64,000 nucleotides of DNA from Mobula birostris. Its lineage: Eukaryota. Positions 52,372-64,000 of the stretch are shown here, piece after piece (the stretch's first letter is position 1; every line of letters begins with the position of its first letter). The DNA is taken from positions 28,302,424-28,366,423 of the forward strand of contig NC_092395.1 in the NCBI RefSeq assembly GCF_030028105.1, read 5' to 3'. Made by a program: the position numbers and the translations under genes. The notes beneath the pieces were generated by a model that was not told where the DNA came from, searched no databases, and saw nothing but the letters and a program-made list of their open reading frames with translations.

Positions 52372-52829
52372 CTGCTTTAAATAATATAAAAATATTTTAA
52401 ATAAATGTGGCACAGTGGTTGTTACTGAGCTAATGATATGGGATTCATCGACTCTGCTTTGGTATTCAAATCCTCTATTCATAATCCTGGAAGTATTGCA
52501 TTAAAAAAACAAACCAGTGATGTGTACAAAACTACCTGATTTTTGGTTCACTAATTCTCCAGGGAGGAAATCTGCCATCCTTGCTGGTTATGACGTCAGC
52601 CTTGCCAATGAAATTGTCACCCTCAAATCACCTAGTGAGCCCCTCAGTTGTACTAAAATATTGAAAGGGAGTCAAACTGGACGAATCCAGTCCCCCAACC
52701 CACCCTGCAAACGGTCTATGTACCAATATTCCTCATGGCCCTCAAATATTTGAGGTGTTTCAAAGAGTTGTGAAGTGGCGGTCTGACACAATCATTGTGT
52801 CTTCCTGATTGTTACTATGGGACCTCCGC

Positions 52830-53190
52830 ATAGAAAAGGCCCAGACAGCGTGGATGTAGAGAAGATGTTTCCTGTAGTGGGGGAGTCCAGGACCACAGAG
52901 CACAGCCTCAGAACAGAAGGACATCCCTTTAGAACAGTGAGGAGGAGATATTTCTTTAGCCAGAGTGTGGTGAATCTGTGGAATTCACTGCCACAGATGG
53001 CTGTGGAGGCCAACTCCTTGGGTATAGTTAAAGTGGTAGTTGATAGGTTCTTGATGCGTAAGAGTGTTAAGGATTATGGGGAGAAGGCAGGAGAATGGGG
53101 TTGAAAGGGGTAATAAATCAGCCATGGAATGGCAGAGCAGACTGGATGGGCCAAATGGCCTAATTCTGCTCCTATATCTTATGGTTTTAT
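52830..53190 (+). mobile_element. CR1 3' fragment
   Basis: VDVEKMFP...FFSQSVVNLWNSLPQ with a cttatgg tail. Confidence 0.85.
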
Positions 53191-54679
53191 GGTCCCCACC
53201 CAATGTGGAACATGGGAGAATAATCTTAAACATTGTGCGTAGGCCCATTGGAATCACACAGCATTGGGCCAGCCATGCAGAGGAGGTAGTGGCAATCCTC
53301 CATGTCGAATAATGCTTGAAGAAGCGCCGAAAATAGAGGGACGTTCTACGTGGGGCCTCACTGTCCATCACCAAGAGTGCCATGGTGACCATCACCACTG
53401 ACCGAGTCCTGAAGGGTTGTGTTTGTAGCAGGGAGCAAGTGAACCAAGAGGTAAATGTCCACCCTACCTGTGCAGGCACACAGTGGAGACAAAGCCTTGT
53501 GTTCACATCTTGCTGAATGGCACCTCGAAGGTGTTCACCAGGATAAACTTCCAACGGTTTGCTCTAAACTGAACCTCCAGGGGGCGCTGTGGGCCATTAG
53601 CAGCAGAGATGCACACTACCACAATCTGTAACCTAATGGTCCAGCACATTACTCCCTCGATCCTCAGTAAAAATCCAGGGAATCATCCTGGTTCAATGGA
53701 AAGAGTGGAAATGCTGGGAGCAGTCCCGGACATAGTTGAAAACAAGTTAGCAACGTAGTGCCGTCCCTACAAAAGCAGAGGGCACAGGGAACACCACCAG
53801 TTGCAAGTTCCCCTTCAAACTGCACACAATCCAGATTTGAAAATGCCTCACAGATTCTTCACTGAGGAGTATAAATCTGGGAATTTTCTACTACCCAACA
53901 GCACTGGATCAGTTCATAAAGATGACTCCCCAGTGACATTTGGGATAGTAATAAATGCTGGTTTTGCCAGCAATGTCTAGGTCCAAAGACTTATTACTTT
54001 TTAAAAAAATTATATTATATATATATCTTGCCAAACTAGTGGAATAGACAAAGGGAATCTGTTTAACCTCCTAACTAAAAATAAAATTTCCATAATTCTC
54101 TTGAGCATATCATTCAAGAAAACGTCTTTGTGAGGGATTTTATTTGTTTGCAGCCTCTTTTTTAATAACAATGTGATAACTGAAAATGTTACAAAAATGT
54201 TATATTGCTGGTATACAAAAATAATCTGTCGAGGAATTCCATCTTTAATTTACAAGAGTGACAAGAAAACTGGAAATCGCTTTGAATGGCGGGGGGGGGT
54301 GCTTTTACTTGATGTGACTTATTGAAAATATGCTTTAAAATTATAATAATAGTCGTCTTGCAGTACTTCTCAGAACGCTAGATTTCATTTGAATTATGTA
54401 AAATAAATTAAATAAAATAAAGTAAAATAAATTATTTCGTAAAACCTAAAGTCATTATGCTTGAAATGAGCAATTTGGTGGATTGCTGCATAGATCACTT
54501 ACGGTATCAAAATTAAGTATAACTCAATAAGTAAAGGTAATTGCAAAAGTTCAAAGAAAGTAGTCACAAGTCTGGCAACTTTTCCAGAAGTTTACGGACT
54601 TTCCCTCGAAGTTGTTTGTTTCTAGGGCTCGATGTTTTCTCTGCTTTTTTTTTTATCCTGGCTGGAATCTCTCGTGATG

Positions 54680-54985
54680 TTTTCCTTCCAATGGGCGGAG
54701 AGATTCTGTCTTTAACGTCTAACTAATCCCAGGCTCGGGTTTTAACCCGTTCATTTTTCAGCTTTAAGAAAAACAAGCGAGGTGTGGTACGGTGGTGCAT
54801 GCGCAGTGTCACTTGTTTTTCTCTCCTTGCGATCTGTCAATCAAGCTAGCAAGAAGCTGTCGCCTCATGCTCCGCTGCTGATTGGACAGATTAGTGGACG
54901 TCTCTCTAATTTACTGGTCGAACCTATCTGTCAGTCTGTCCGCGGCCCGCCTTCCGCGATGCGGAGCCTATATTTAAAGTGACAC
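54680..54985 (+). promoter_or_regulatory. Candidate proximal ARRDC2 promoter (exon 1b)
   Basis: CCAAT plus GC box at 54688-54698, NRF1-like TGCATGCGCA at 54796-54805, ATTGG at 54881, TATA-like TATTTAAA at 54971-54978, CpG-rich through exon 1b. Confidence 0.7.
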
Positions 54986-55078
54986 ACACCCAGAAGTAAG
55001 GTAGTTTGCTTTCTTGTCGTGCCGGTCAGTTGGCAAGTAGTCGACAGTTCGAGATTCAATCAAGCCGAAAGCGCAGAA

Positions 55079-55352
55079 ATGATTCTAGAGAAGCTGAAGA
55101 CTTTTTCACTGATATTCGACAGCCCCGATCCCGACTCGGTGCCTGTGTACAGCACTGGCGATGAAGTGTCAGGCAAAGTTGTCCTGGAAGTGACCCGGCC
55201 AATGAAAGTGCAGTCCCTGAAGTTGCACACCGAGGGCTACGCGAAGGTGCACTGGACCGAGTCTCGGAGTGCCGGCTCCAGCACGGCTTACACCCAGAAT
55301 TACAGCGATGAAGTGGAGTACTATAACAAGAGGGTGAACCTCATCCAAGCAG
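55079..55352 (+). CDS. ARRDC2: ARRDC2 proximal coding exon 1b (MILEKLKTFSL...VHWTESRSAGSSTAYTQNYSDEVEY...)
   Basis: ATG at 55079, donor G|gtcagc at 55353, phase 1. HWTESRSAGSSTAYTQ is the characteristic ARRDC2 N-domain segment. Confidence 0.95.
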
Positions 55353-57119
55353 GTCAGCAGCCTGTCGCCACATGTTTCTAACCAGTCGACAGCTTTTCCT
55401 GAGAAGTGGGGAATCCGAGGTTGTTTTGCAGAACACTGGGATTGCAGGAGAAATTATGAACACCTGCATGTGAACAATGAGTTTATTGGCCTTTTGCTAT
55501 GCTGTATCGTGAGAGAAAGTAAAGGGGAAGGGGGGGGGGGTGGGAAAGGTGAGCACAGCCTAAATGCGTGAACTGTCAACTGCAAACCTGGGCAGCAACA
55601 GCAGTTCTTCTGCCCTGGTTTATTCGGCGTGTTGCTACTTCATTGTCAGTGTGTTTGGTGAAAGATGCACCAAACATGGGCTGCTTTTGTAGATCAGCAC
55701 GTTACTGGTGCTCTGTAAGTGAATCTAGTGACCTTGCTAGGAGATCAAGGTTTTTATTTCACTTTTTGTTTGGAAGGCTGTGTGTGTGTGTGCGCGCGCG
55801 CGGAGTTGTATTGTCCTTCCACGGCTTTCTGTCTTCTCTGGAGCATGGGTTAGTTCTGAATTAGAACAGATGAATCGAGACTCTGTCTGCTTGCTGGTCT
55901 TTGTCTAGAGGAACAAATCCCCAGTCGTTTTTTTTGTTTGTCACAGAGATCCCTTCTAGGATTTAGACGTCCATTTAAAGAATCGTTTCTGCCGGTACCT
56001 TTTAAATGCCATTTCCACTCAGCAGTCTATTTACCCCCGTCAGTTATGTCTCTGCAGTGCCCCTATTTAACCCAGTTCTCCATCCCATCCAAGTATCTGT
56101 CAAGTTTTCCCCTTTTAATTGTTTCAACACCTGCCCACGACTGACAAGGAGGTGGGTCAGGGACGGGTACGCCAATTTCGAAGCTTTCAAAAAGATGCAA
56201 AATTCTGATTGAATTATATTTGGTATTCCATTGAGCAGAGGCAAGTTAACTTAAAGTGAGAATAAATATTTGAAAGGAAGGATTTGGAAATTGACGGATG
56301 AGGCGGGGGGGGGGGGTGGAGTGGGACTACCAGCAAAGAGCTGGGATGGATTCAGTAGGCAGTATGTTCTACCAGGTGATATCATTCAGTGAAGAAGGGT
56401 TCTTGTTTCTGCGGTGGTGGCTCTGGACTATAAATCAGAGGTCTGACCATCTCCCACGACATCAGCCTTTCCCACTGGCAAAAAAAAACTTGCTTTAGGG
56501 TAACCAATCAAGTTGTGGGGGAAATTAGATAGCAGGAAGCAGAACTTGCAGGACTGTTTCAGATTTTTTCAGAACCCTTGGATGGAAGAAGTGGCTTGGA
56601 AGAAGGCAGAAAATGAGATGAGATGAGGTGGGGTAGGGGTGGAGAGAAACACACTCCTACCAGAAATATAGGATGAGATAGGGCTTGTAGCTTCTGCTCT
56701 GGACTAGTCAGGACTTTGTGGTCTTTGCTTTCATGTTTTGTTATTGTCTTGTGAGATCCTCAAAGTCACACCATAGGTGATGAAGTCATTGTAAAGGATT
56801 CTTAAAGACTGCCCTAGCATACCTTTTTTGTAATTAAAGGGATTGTTTCACTTGGGTAAGAGGTTTCTCCTCCAAGTCCCAGCCAGTGGATGCTGGCTCA
56901 CTCTAGTCCACTATGTGGGTGCAGAAAGCAGTGAACAGGATTTCTTAGTGCATTGAGTAGCAAGTAAGGACATGTCTCTTCCTACATGGGCTGTTTGTTA
57001 TATTGCTTTGTAAGTAGTCATTGTGTGGGCAGTACCCCGGAGGAGGAGGAGAGTGGAGTTGTCGTCACTGACAGCCTTGAGCTCTCAGGTTTGTCAAGGG
57101 AATCTAGGCATGGCTGAAA

Positions 57120-57350
57120 GTCATAAACACAGGAGGCTGAGCAGATGCTGGAAGTCTTGAGCAACACACACAAAATGCCGGAGGAGCTCAGTAAGTCAGG
57201 CAACTTCCATGCACGGGAATACAGCCAACATTTGGGCATGATGAAGCCGTTTCAGCCCAAAATATTGACTGCTTATCTACCCCTCTCCTTCCCCCAACCC
57301 CACCATAGATGTTGCCTGACCTGCTGAATTCCTGCAGCATTTTGTGTTTA
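57120..57350. mobile_element. Penelope-terminus-derived palindromic element, diverged
   Basis: acacaaaatgccggaggagctcagtaagtcaggcaac mirrored by gttgcctgacctgctgaattcctgcagcattttgtgt. Confidence 0.75.
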
Positions 57351-59130
57351 TGGTTAAAAATCAGTACACACAAAACCCCTTTTTTTAAAAAAAAAGCAGC
57401 ACTTCAGTTTCTGGAGCAAGTCTCACTTCCTTTTCAGAACAAATAAAAGCATTTTTTAAGCAAATTTTTTTCTCTCTCTTTAAAACGGTAATGAGGGAAA
57501 GGTAGTAGTTAACCAACAAAATCTCACACTTTCACCAGAAAAGTGGCATCACGAGGGTGGCAATCGCGAATGTGCTCAAGTCTTTGAATTGAAACTTGAG
57601 CCCACCACTTGCTCATTTTTTTAAAAGAGACAGCCTGAAGGTTTGAGGTTTTCTCAATCAGTGCAAAATTCAGTCAGTTCAGAAAGTTAACGGTGTGAAG
57701 CACGGAAATTGCGGAGCAAAATTGGAGAGTGACAGTCAGGAGTGGTGAATGATTGTATGTGTATAAAGCAGAACCATCACCAACGTCTTATTGTCTTGAT
57801 GAGAAAATAATTTTTTTCAGCATTTTATTCATCTTTACATCCTGTATACTACTGAAATTGGGCAACTGAGCTTCCGTACCCCATGTTGCAGTACGCTGGC
57901 TCTGAGGGTAACTGTTGTCTCTGCACTCCCACCAACCATCTACCTAGCCCTTCTTGCTACCTGAACAACTTTGAACTAGCATTATAACATCTAACTGTGC
58001 CTAATAAATACAATTGATCTCCTGTCACCTGCCCTAACAGCCTATTATTCTTCTCTGGTCTTCTGTCCCAAAAGTTGTGATATAACTTACTGATGCTCCT
58101 GGGCTGGAGGCTGACCCCCTCACGTGGTCACCTAGGCAGGGGTTCATTGGCCGAACTCTGACTTGTTTGGCCCATTGCATTTCAGTGCTTTTGTTCCGAC
58201 AGATCTGGCCCAGTGAGGCAGTCCTAAGGTTGCCGAACTGCCAACTAAAAATAATTGCCTTACTGCTGAGGCTTGATATTCAGTAATTTACCCTTCCGTT
58301 GATTTGGTTTCCAGGGAAGAATTGGATTATTGACTGGAGCAGGTGGGACGTTTTAAATTTTAAATACTGTACAGAATCCACTCCATTATGGGGCATAGCC
58401 ACATTCCTCACTGCAAGGGTTTTTCTGTCTAATTTTCGGTTGGTGGGCGACTATGAGATGAAGCTTTGTGTGATGAACAATTCCACCAGATTTGGACACC
58501 TGCTGTGATGTCCTCACTTCCCCCCCCCCCACCCCCCACCTTCTTCCAGGTACAAATCCCATGGTGATAGGTGATTCACAGGCATGAAATCCATTTGTGC
58601 TGTTTTCTCACCAGACATCTCAAAGCATGTTTTCTTTTTGGAAGTGCAGTGATGTAGGAAATAACCCAAAGGTCCTGCAGACAGCATTATCAGAATGGCC
58701 AGATGATCCAGGGAAACACACCAGTTCTTTAAAATGATGCCAGAGGATTCTCTGTCCTCCTGCAGTGCAGAGAACTTGGGTGGGAGCTCATCAGAGAGGA
58801 AACATCTTCAGGGGTGCAGCCCTCACTCTGTGCTGGACATGCCAGCCTGCTTTACGTCCAAGATAATTTCTAAGGTTTGAACCCAAGAACCTACACAAGG
58901 GAGCAGGTGTTGATGTGACCATTTCTTTACAATTGAGTTTGTGAAAACAGAGTGTTGGTTTCATGCATTTGATAATAGCATGGAAAGTGCATTTTTTTTA
59001 ATATCATGATCATATCCTTTAGTCTCTTCTTCACTTGCTATATGATAGTCTTTGATATCGGTGCATCAGAAGAATAATAAAGAATTAAGTGAATTTTTGT
59101 TTCTGAAGACTTGTTTCGTACTTTTTTCAG

Positions 59131-59200
59131 ATAACGGAAATTTCACAGTTCTCCAGGCTGGTCGTCATGAGTTCCCATTCAGCTTCCAGCTTCCTGAAGA
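59131..59200 (+). CDS. ARRDC2: ARRDC2 exon 2 (DNGNFTVLQAGRHEFPFSFQLPEE)
   Basis: Acceptor cttttttcag, donor gtgagt, 70 bp, phase 1 to 2. Contains the alpha-arrestin GRHEFxFSFQLP motif. Confidence 0.95.
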
Positions 59201-59620
59201 GTGAGTCTCCGAACTTTTTCCTATGTCTGTCCTTGTGGATTCCTAGCTTCTACCAAATGCAACTGGTTAACATGGGGGGGGGGGGTCAAGGTGCAAACTC
59301 CAAAGCTACACAAGATTGCTAAAAGTTGAGACAGAGCATCTCAGAATATTGTTTAATTGATATTAAGCTTTGACTTGAAGCCTTATTGGAGCGAGGGACA
59401 ATTAAGGAAAGTGCACAGCCATTAAGTCTTGGGGCATGAAGGGTGCAGGGAGTAGACTGTGAGTGCTGGTAGGTATGCAGTATAAATGAAGGTTATGTAG
59501 GGTAACTGCTATCTGAACAGGAGCTGCATGCACCCGCCAATTAGTTCTTCTATCGTAGAAGCAAAGCTGCTCCAGAAAATGTTTCTCTGAATAATCCTGT
59601 GAGCTGTGCCAGGTTTTTAA

Positions 59621-59863
<243 letters not shown>

Positions 59864-60321
59864 TAGGTGGTTCACACTCCCCTGTTAAATCCTGTAACCG
59901 TGTTCAATTCCAGGCTTGCTCCTCACTGGAGGGAGTGCAGGATCAGCTTATCACAATAGTGCCAGCAACTTAAAAGAGCTGGTTTACGAAAGCAATGTAC
60001 CTAATAGGTTTGCTTTCCTGCCATGAGTTTAAATTAAAGTTTGATCTCATTGAGGTGCTTTGAATTATTTGAAGGAGAGGACAGGGAGAACCTGTCTAAC
60101 TGGCTGTAATAAAATTGGGGAGGTACCGTCCTTGTGCAGGCATACACGTTGTCTTCTTCCAGATTTAATGAATGGCCCTGCTCATAGGATTGAGTATTCA
60201 TAGACGAAAAAGGGATTAAATGGTGGTGAGGTCATGCTGGGCCATTGTCTCTAATGACTGATTAGGAACTCGGGCAGTTACCTTGTCTGCCACTTGCATT
60301 CCTCACCTTTTGTCTTGCTAG

Positions 60322-60672
<351 letters not shown>

Positions 60673-61431
60673 TAGTAATTGGCAAGAGAATCCCAGAAAT
60701 TTGCCAGCCTTGAGGAAGAGGTTTCTTCTCATTTCAGTCCTAAATGACTGGCCCTTGAGGTGGAAGCCACCTGCTAGTATCTATCTAGTCCCTCTGAGTT
60801 TACATTGCATTATCTGCAGCCTTTCCTGTCTTATAACTATACAACAATATGCGCCAAACAAGTTATGTAATAAATAACCAGCTATTCTGAGCAATTTTTT
60901 GAAAAAGGCTGGATATTATGCTTTATAAACTAATTTTCTGGCTATGCATTCAGGGTAGGTTCACTCTATTTAGCATAGGTTGCATAAATTCAGCTTGTGT
61001 TTTATTATGGTTGGTAGAATGACCTAATTGCGATGATAAGAATGGAGGGGTTCAAAAGAACTGACATTGGGAAATTTTTTTAAAAACTTGGACATCTTAT
61101 CATGACATCGGAGCCTGGTTGTGCATGGTGGCTACTGGGTTAAGTGGGGATTTAGTGATCAAGTTTGCCATATTTCCATTGGCTGAGAGCAATCAAGGCA
61201 TCCAAAGGCAACACATTGCTATGGTTCCAAATAAGATATTAGATTGGATGGCCAAACAGGATCAAGTGGCTGAAAGGCCTCTTGAAACTTTGAAGCTCTT
61301 TTTTAAAAGAAGAAAGCAAGGATGGAATTTTGAACTGACCCTTTGTGAAGGAGGTATTAGGTTAAAATTTTAACCCTGTTGCAGTTATAGTTTAATACTT
61401 CTTGAATAAAGGAGAGTAATATTGTGCATAG

Positions 61432-62293
<862 letters not shown>

Positions 62294-62985
62294 TAAGGAT
62301 AAGGGGATGGGGATAAAGATGAGAGAATTGGGTGGGAGGGTGGTTAAATGGTTAAAAGGCCCCAGAAGCAGATAGCTCCCCGTAAGGGAAAAGGGGAGAA
62401 ATTCAAGGGCTTGTAGTACAAAAAAAAAGGGACTCTGACGTTGCAACTACTTCCATTTACAGAGCACCTTTTTTTTTAATGCGAAAGATTTCCCCACGTG
62501 CTTTACAGGAGTGTTAGCAGACCATTATGCCACATCAGGACATGATCAGGCAGGAGTCCGGAAGCTTGGTCGCAGAGTTGTGTCTTCAGCTTCGTCACTC
62601 TCTCCCTGTCTTAGGGATAGTGTGGGGTGGAGGATGCAAGGATGGGGGTCCATAGAAAATTACAAAGTTGAGATTGGCTGTTTGGTAAAGATGTTGGGGG
62701 TTCCATAATCAAAGTGGAACATGCACACAATTTAGCCAGGATCTAATTGAATGGCAGAACATCGACTAGGGGGCTGGGTGTTGACCCACAAAGGGGTGAG
62801 TGGTCTTTGCCACAGCAACAGTCTTCACTCATTATGTACAAGGCCTCTATTGTTGAACCTGCTCCAACCTCCTGTCTCCCCTTGATATCAGACCCTGGGA
62901 GGGCTTTATGACTTTTACAAACCCTGTTTTAATTTCTAGTCCTTCCTCTTCACATTTACCTTAATGTGCCCGCTTTCTATTTCAG

Positions 62986-63149
62986 CACCTCCTGATTACT
63001 TGGAGGTAGTCTCTGAGGAAGAGGCTGGCCAAACAGACCAAAGACTGTCCATTCCTGAGAATGAGGAAGAACGAGGGGGAATGCTGGGGCATCCCTTCTT
63101 TGTCTATGTACAGGAGTTCCGAAATCGCCCCCCACCCATTTATTCAGAA
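62986..63149 (+). CDS. ARRDC2: ARRDC2 exon 7 with two PPxY motifs (PPDY and PPIY)
   Basis: Acceptor ctatttcag, donor gtaagg, 164 bp. Translates PPPDYLEVV...QEFRNRPPPIYSE, the NEDD4-family WW-binding motifs typical of alpha-arrestins. Confidence 0.95.
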
Positions 63150-63980
63150 GTAAGGTGGCTTTTTTGCTTCTCACAAGCCTTCTCCCCACCCTCTATAACC
63201 CTGTAATCTCCTTTTCCTCTTCCTAGTGGATCTATCCCATTTTCTTAGGGTGCATTGGTTATTTTCTCAGAGAATGGGGCAAATTGAAACTTCCTGCTGT
63301 GGAATTAAATTTCATATTCTCCCCAATCTCTGGGAAGTGATCTTTCTCCTGAAGTTGTGACTGGGTCTGGTAATGATGGCTTCTGCACCCCATCCAATCC
63401 TTTCCCAGTCACCCCTTAGCCTTCTGTGCTCGTGAAGAGTCCCAGCCTGCTCAAGTTTTCTGACATCAGGATGGTCTCGCTTGTGTACCGGTTGACTTTG
63501 TAGTAGGCAGGTTCAGCATGCTCCATTGACTGACTATTTATGCGTCAGTCTCGATCATCACTTAATGAATGGAAACAAATTTGAAAAACAAGATGAGAAA
63601 CACATCCTCAGGGCACTATTAAGCAAAGTCTCTTTGCCCTGCCTGAGTGGAATCCAAGTCAGTGAAACCAATTTAAGAACCTTTCCCTTAACTCTGTTTC
63701 TGTGTCATCCATGGCCAATCCCTATAACCGTAATAATTAGTCAACCATTTTAATGTAAAATGGAACTTCAGAAGTGTACACTTGTTTGCAGTGGTATCTA
63801 AGCAGAGTTCTGGCAAGATCTACATCTTGGCCTCCTGTGGGAAATTAGCTCAGCATTTTATTTTCAGTCAACTTGCTAGCCTGCATTGTTACATGTCACC
63901 CCACCTAGGGTCACTTGCAATGATTTCCTGGTGAGCCTGTCATCCACTTGCTTATCTTGCTGCACTTTCTCTCCATCCAG

Positions 63981-64000
63981 ATTGACCCTCATCCCCAGGG
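63981..64000 (+). CDS. ARRDC2: ARRDC2 exon 8, start only (IDPHPQG...), truncated by the window end
   Basis: Polypyrimidine tract with ccag acceptor at 63980, phase 0. YSE|IDPHP matches the alpha-arrestin C-terminal pattern. Confidence 0.85.

Noticed and set aside
52591-52598. Perfect CRE TGACGTCA
   Set aside because: Lies within a decayed SINE-like repeat (about 52405-52680), so probably incidental.
55019-55078. In-frame GTG-initiated 20-aa N-terminal extension of exon 1b
   Set aside because: Poor initiation context, and homology to arrestins begins at the ATG at 55079.
57550-57566. ChoRE-like CACGAG-N5 element (MondoA/ChREBP sites control the paralogues TXNIP and ARRDC4)
   Set aside because: The second half-site (CAATCG) is not an E-box. 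The CTCGTG at 54671 and CACGTG at 58121 also lack a partner at 5-bp spacing.

Overview
Vertebrate genomic DNA, very likely a cartilaginous fish and probably a ray (inferred from the CR1, Rex1, Penelope and V-SINE repeat families and a 44-bp satellite). One protein-coding gene is recognisable: the alpha-arrestin ARRDC2 on the + strand. It has two mutually homologous alternative coding first exons (29466-29724 and 55079-55352, 25 kb apart), each with its own promoter. Both can splice in phase 1 to shared exons 2-8 (59131 to beyond the window end), which encode the rest of the arrestin fold and two PPxY motifs. The rest of the window is mostly retroelements (CR1 including a near-intact ORF2 and a nested copy, Rex1, Penelope, Tx1/L1, RTE-derived elements, SINEs), small DNA-transposon MITEs, a decayed 44-bp satellite array and a 155-N gap. 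The points most worth checking are the duplicated first exon, divergent CTCF-like motifs between the two promoters, decayed hammerhead-ribozyme motifs in Penelope-derived palindromes, and a motif-dense intronic island at about 39-40.5 kb. I found no clearly novel protein-coding system. All calls are by eye, with no database searches, and repeat boundaries are approximate.
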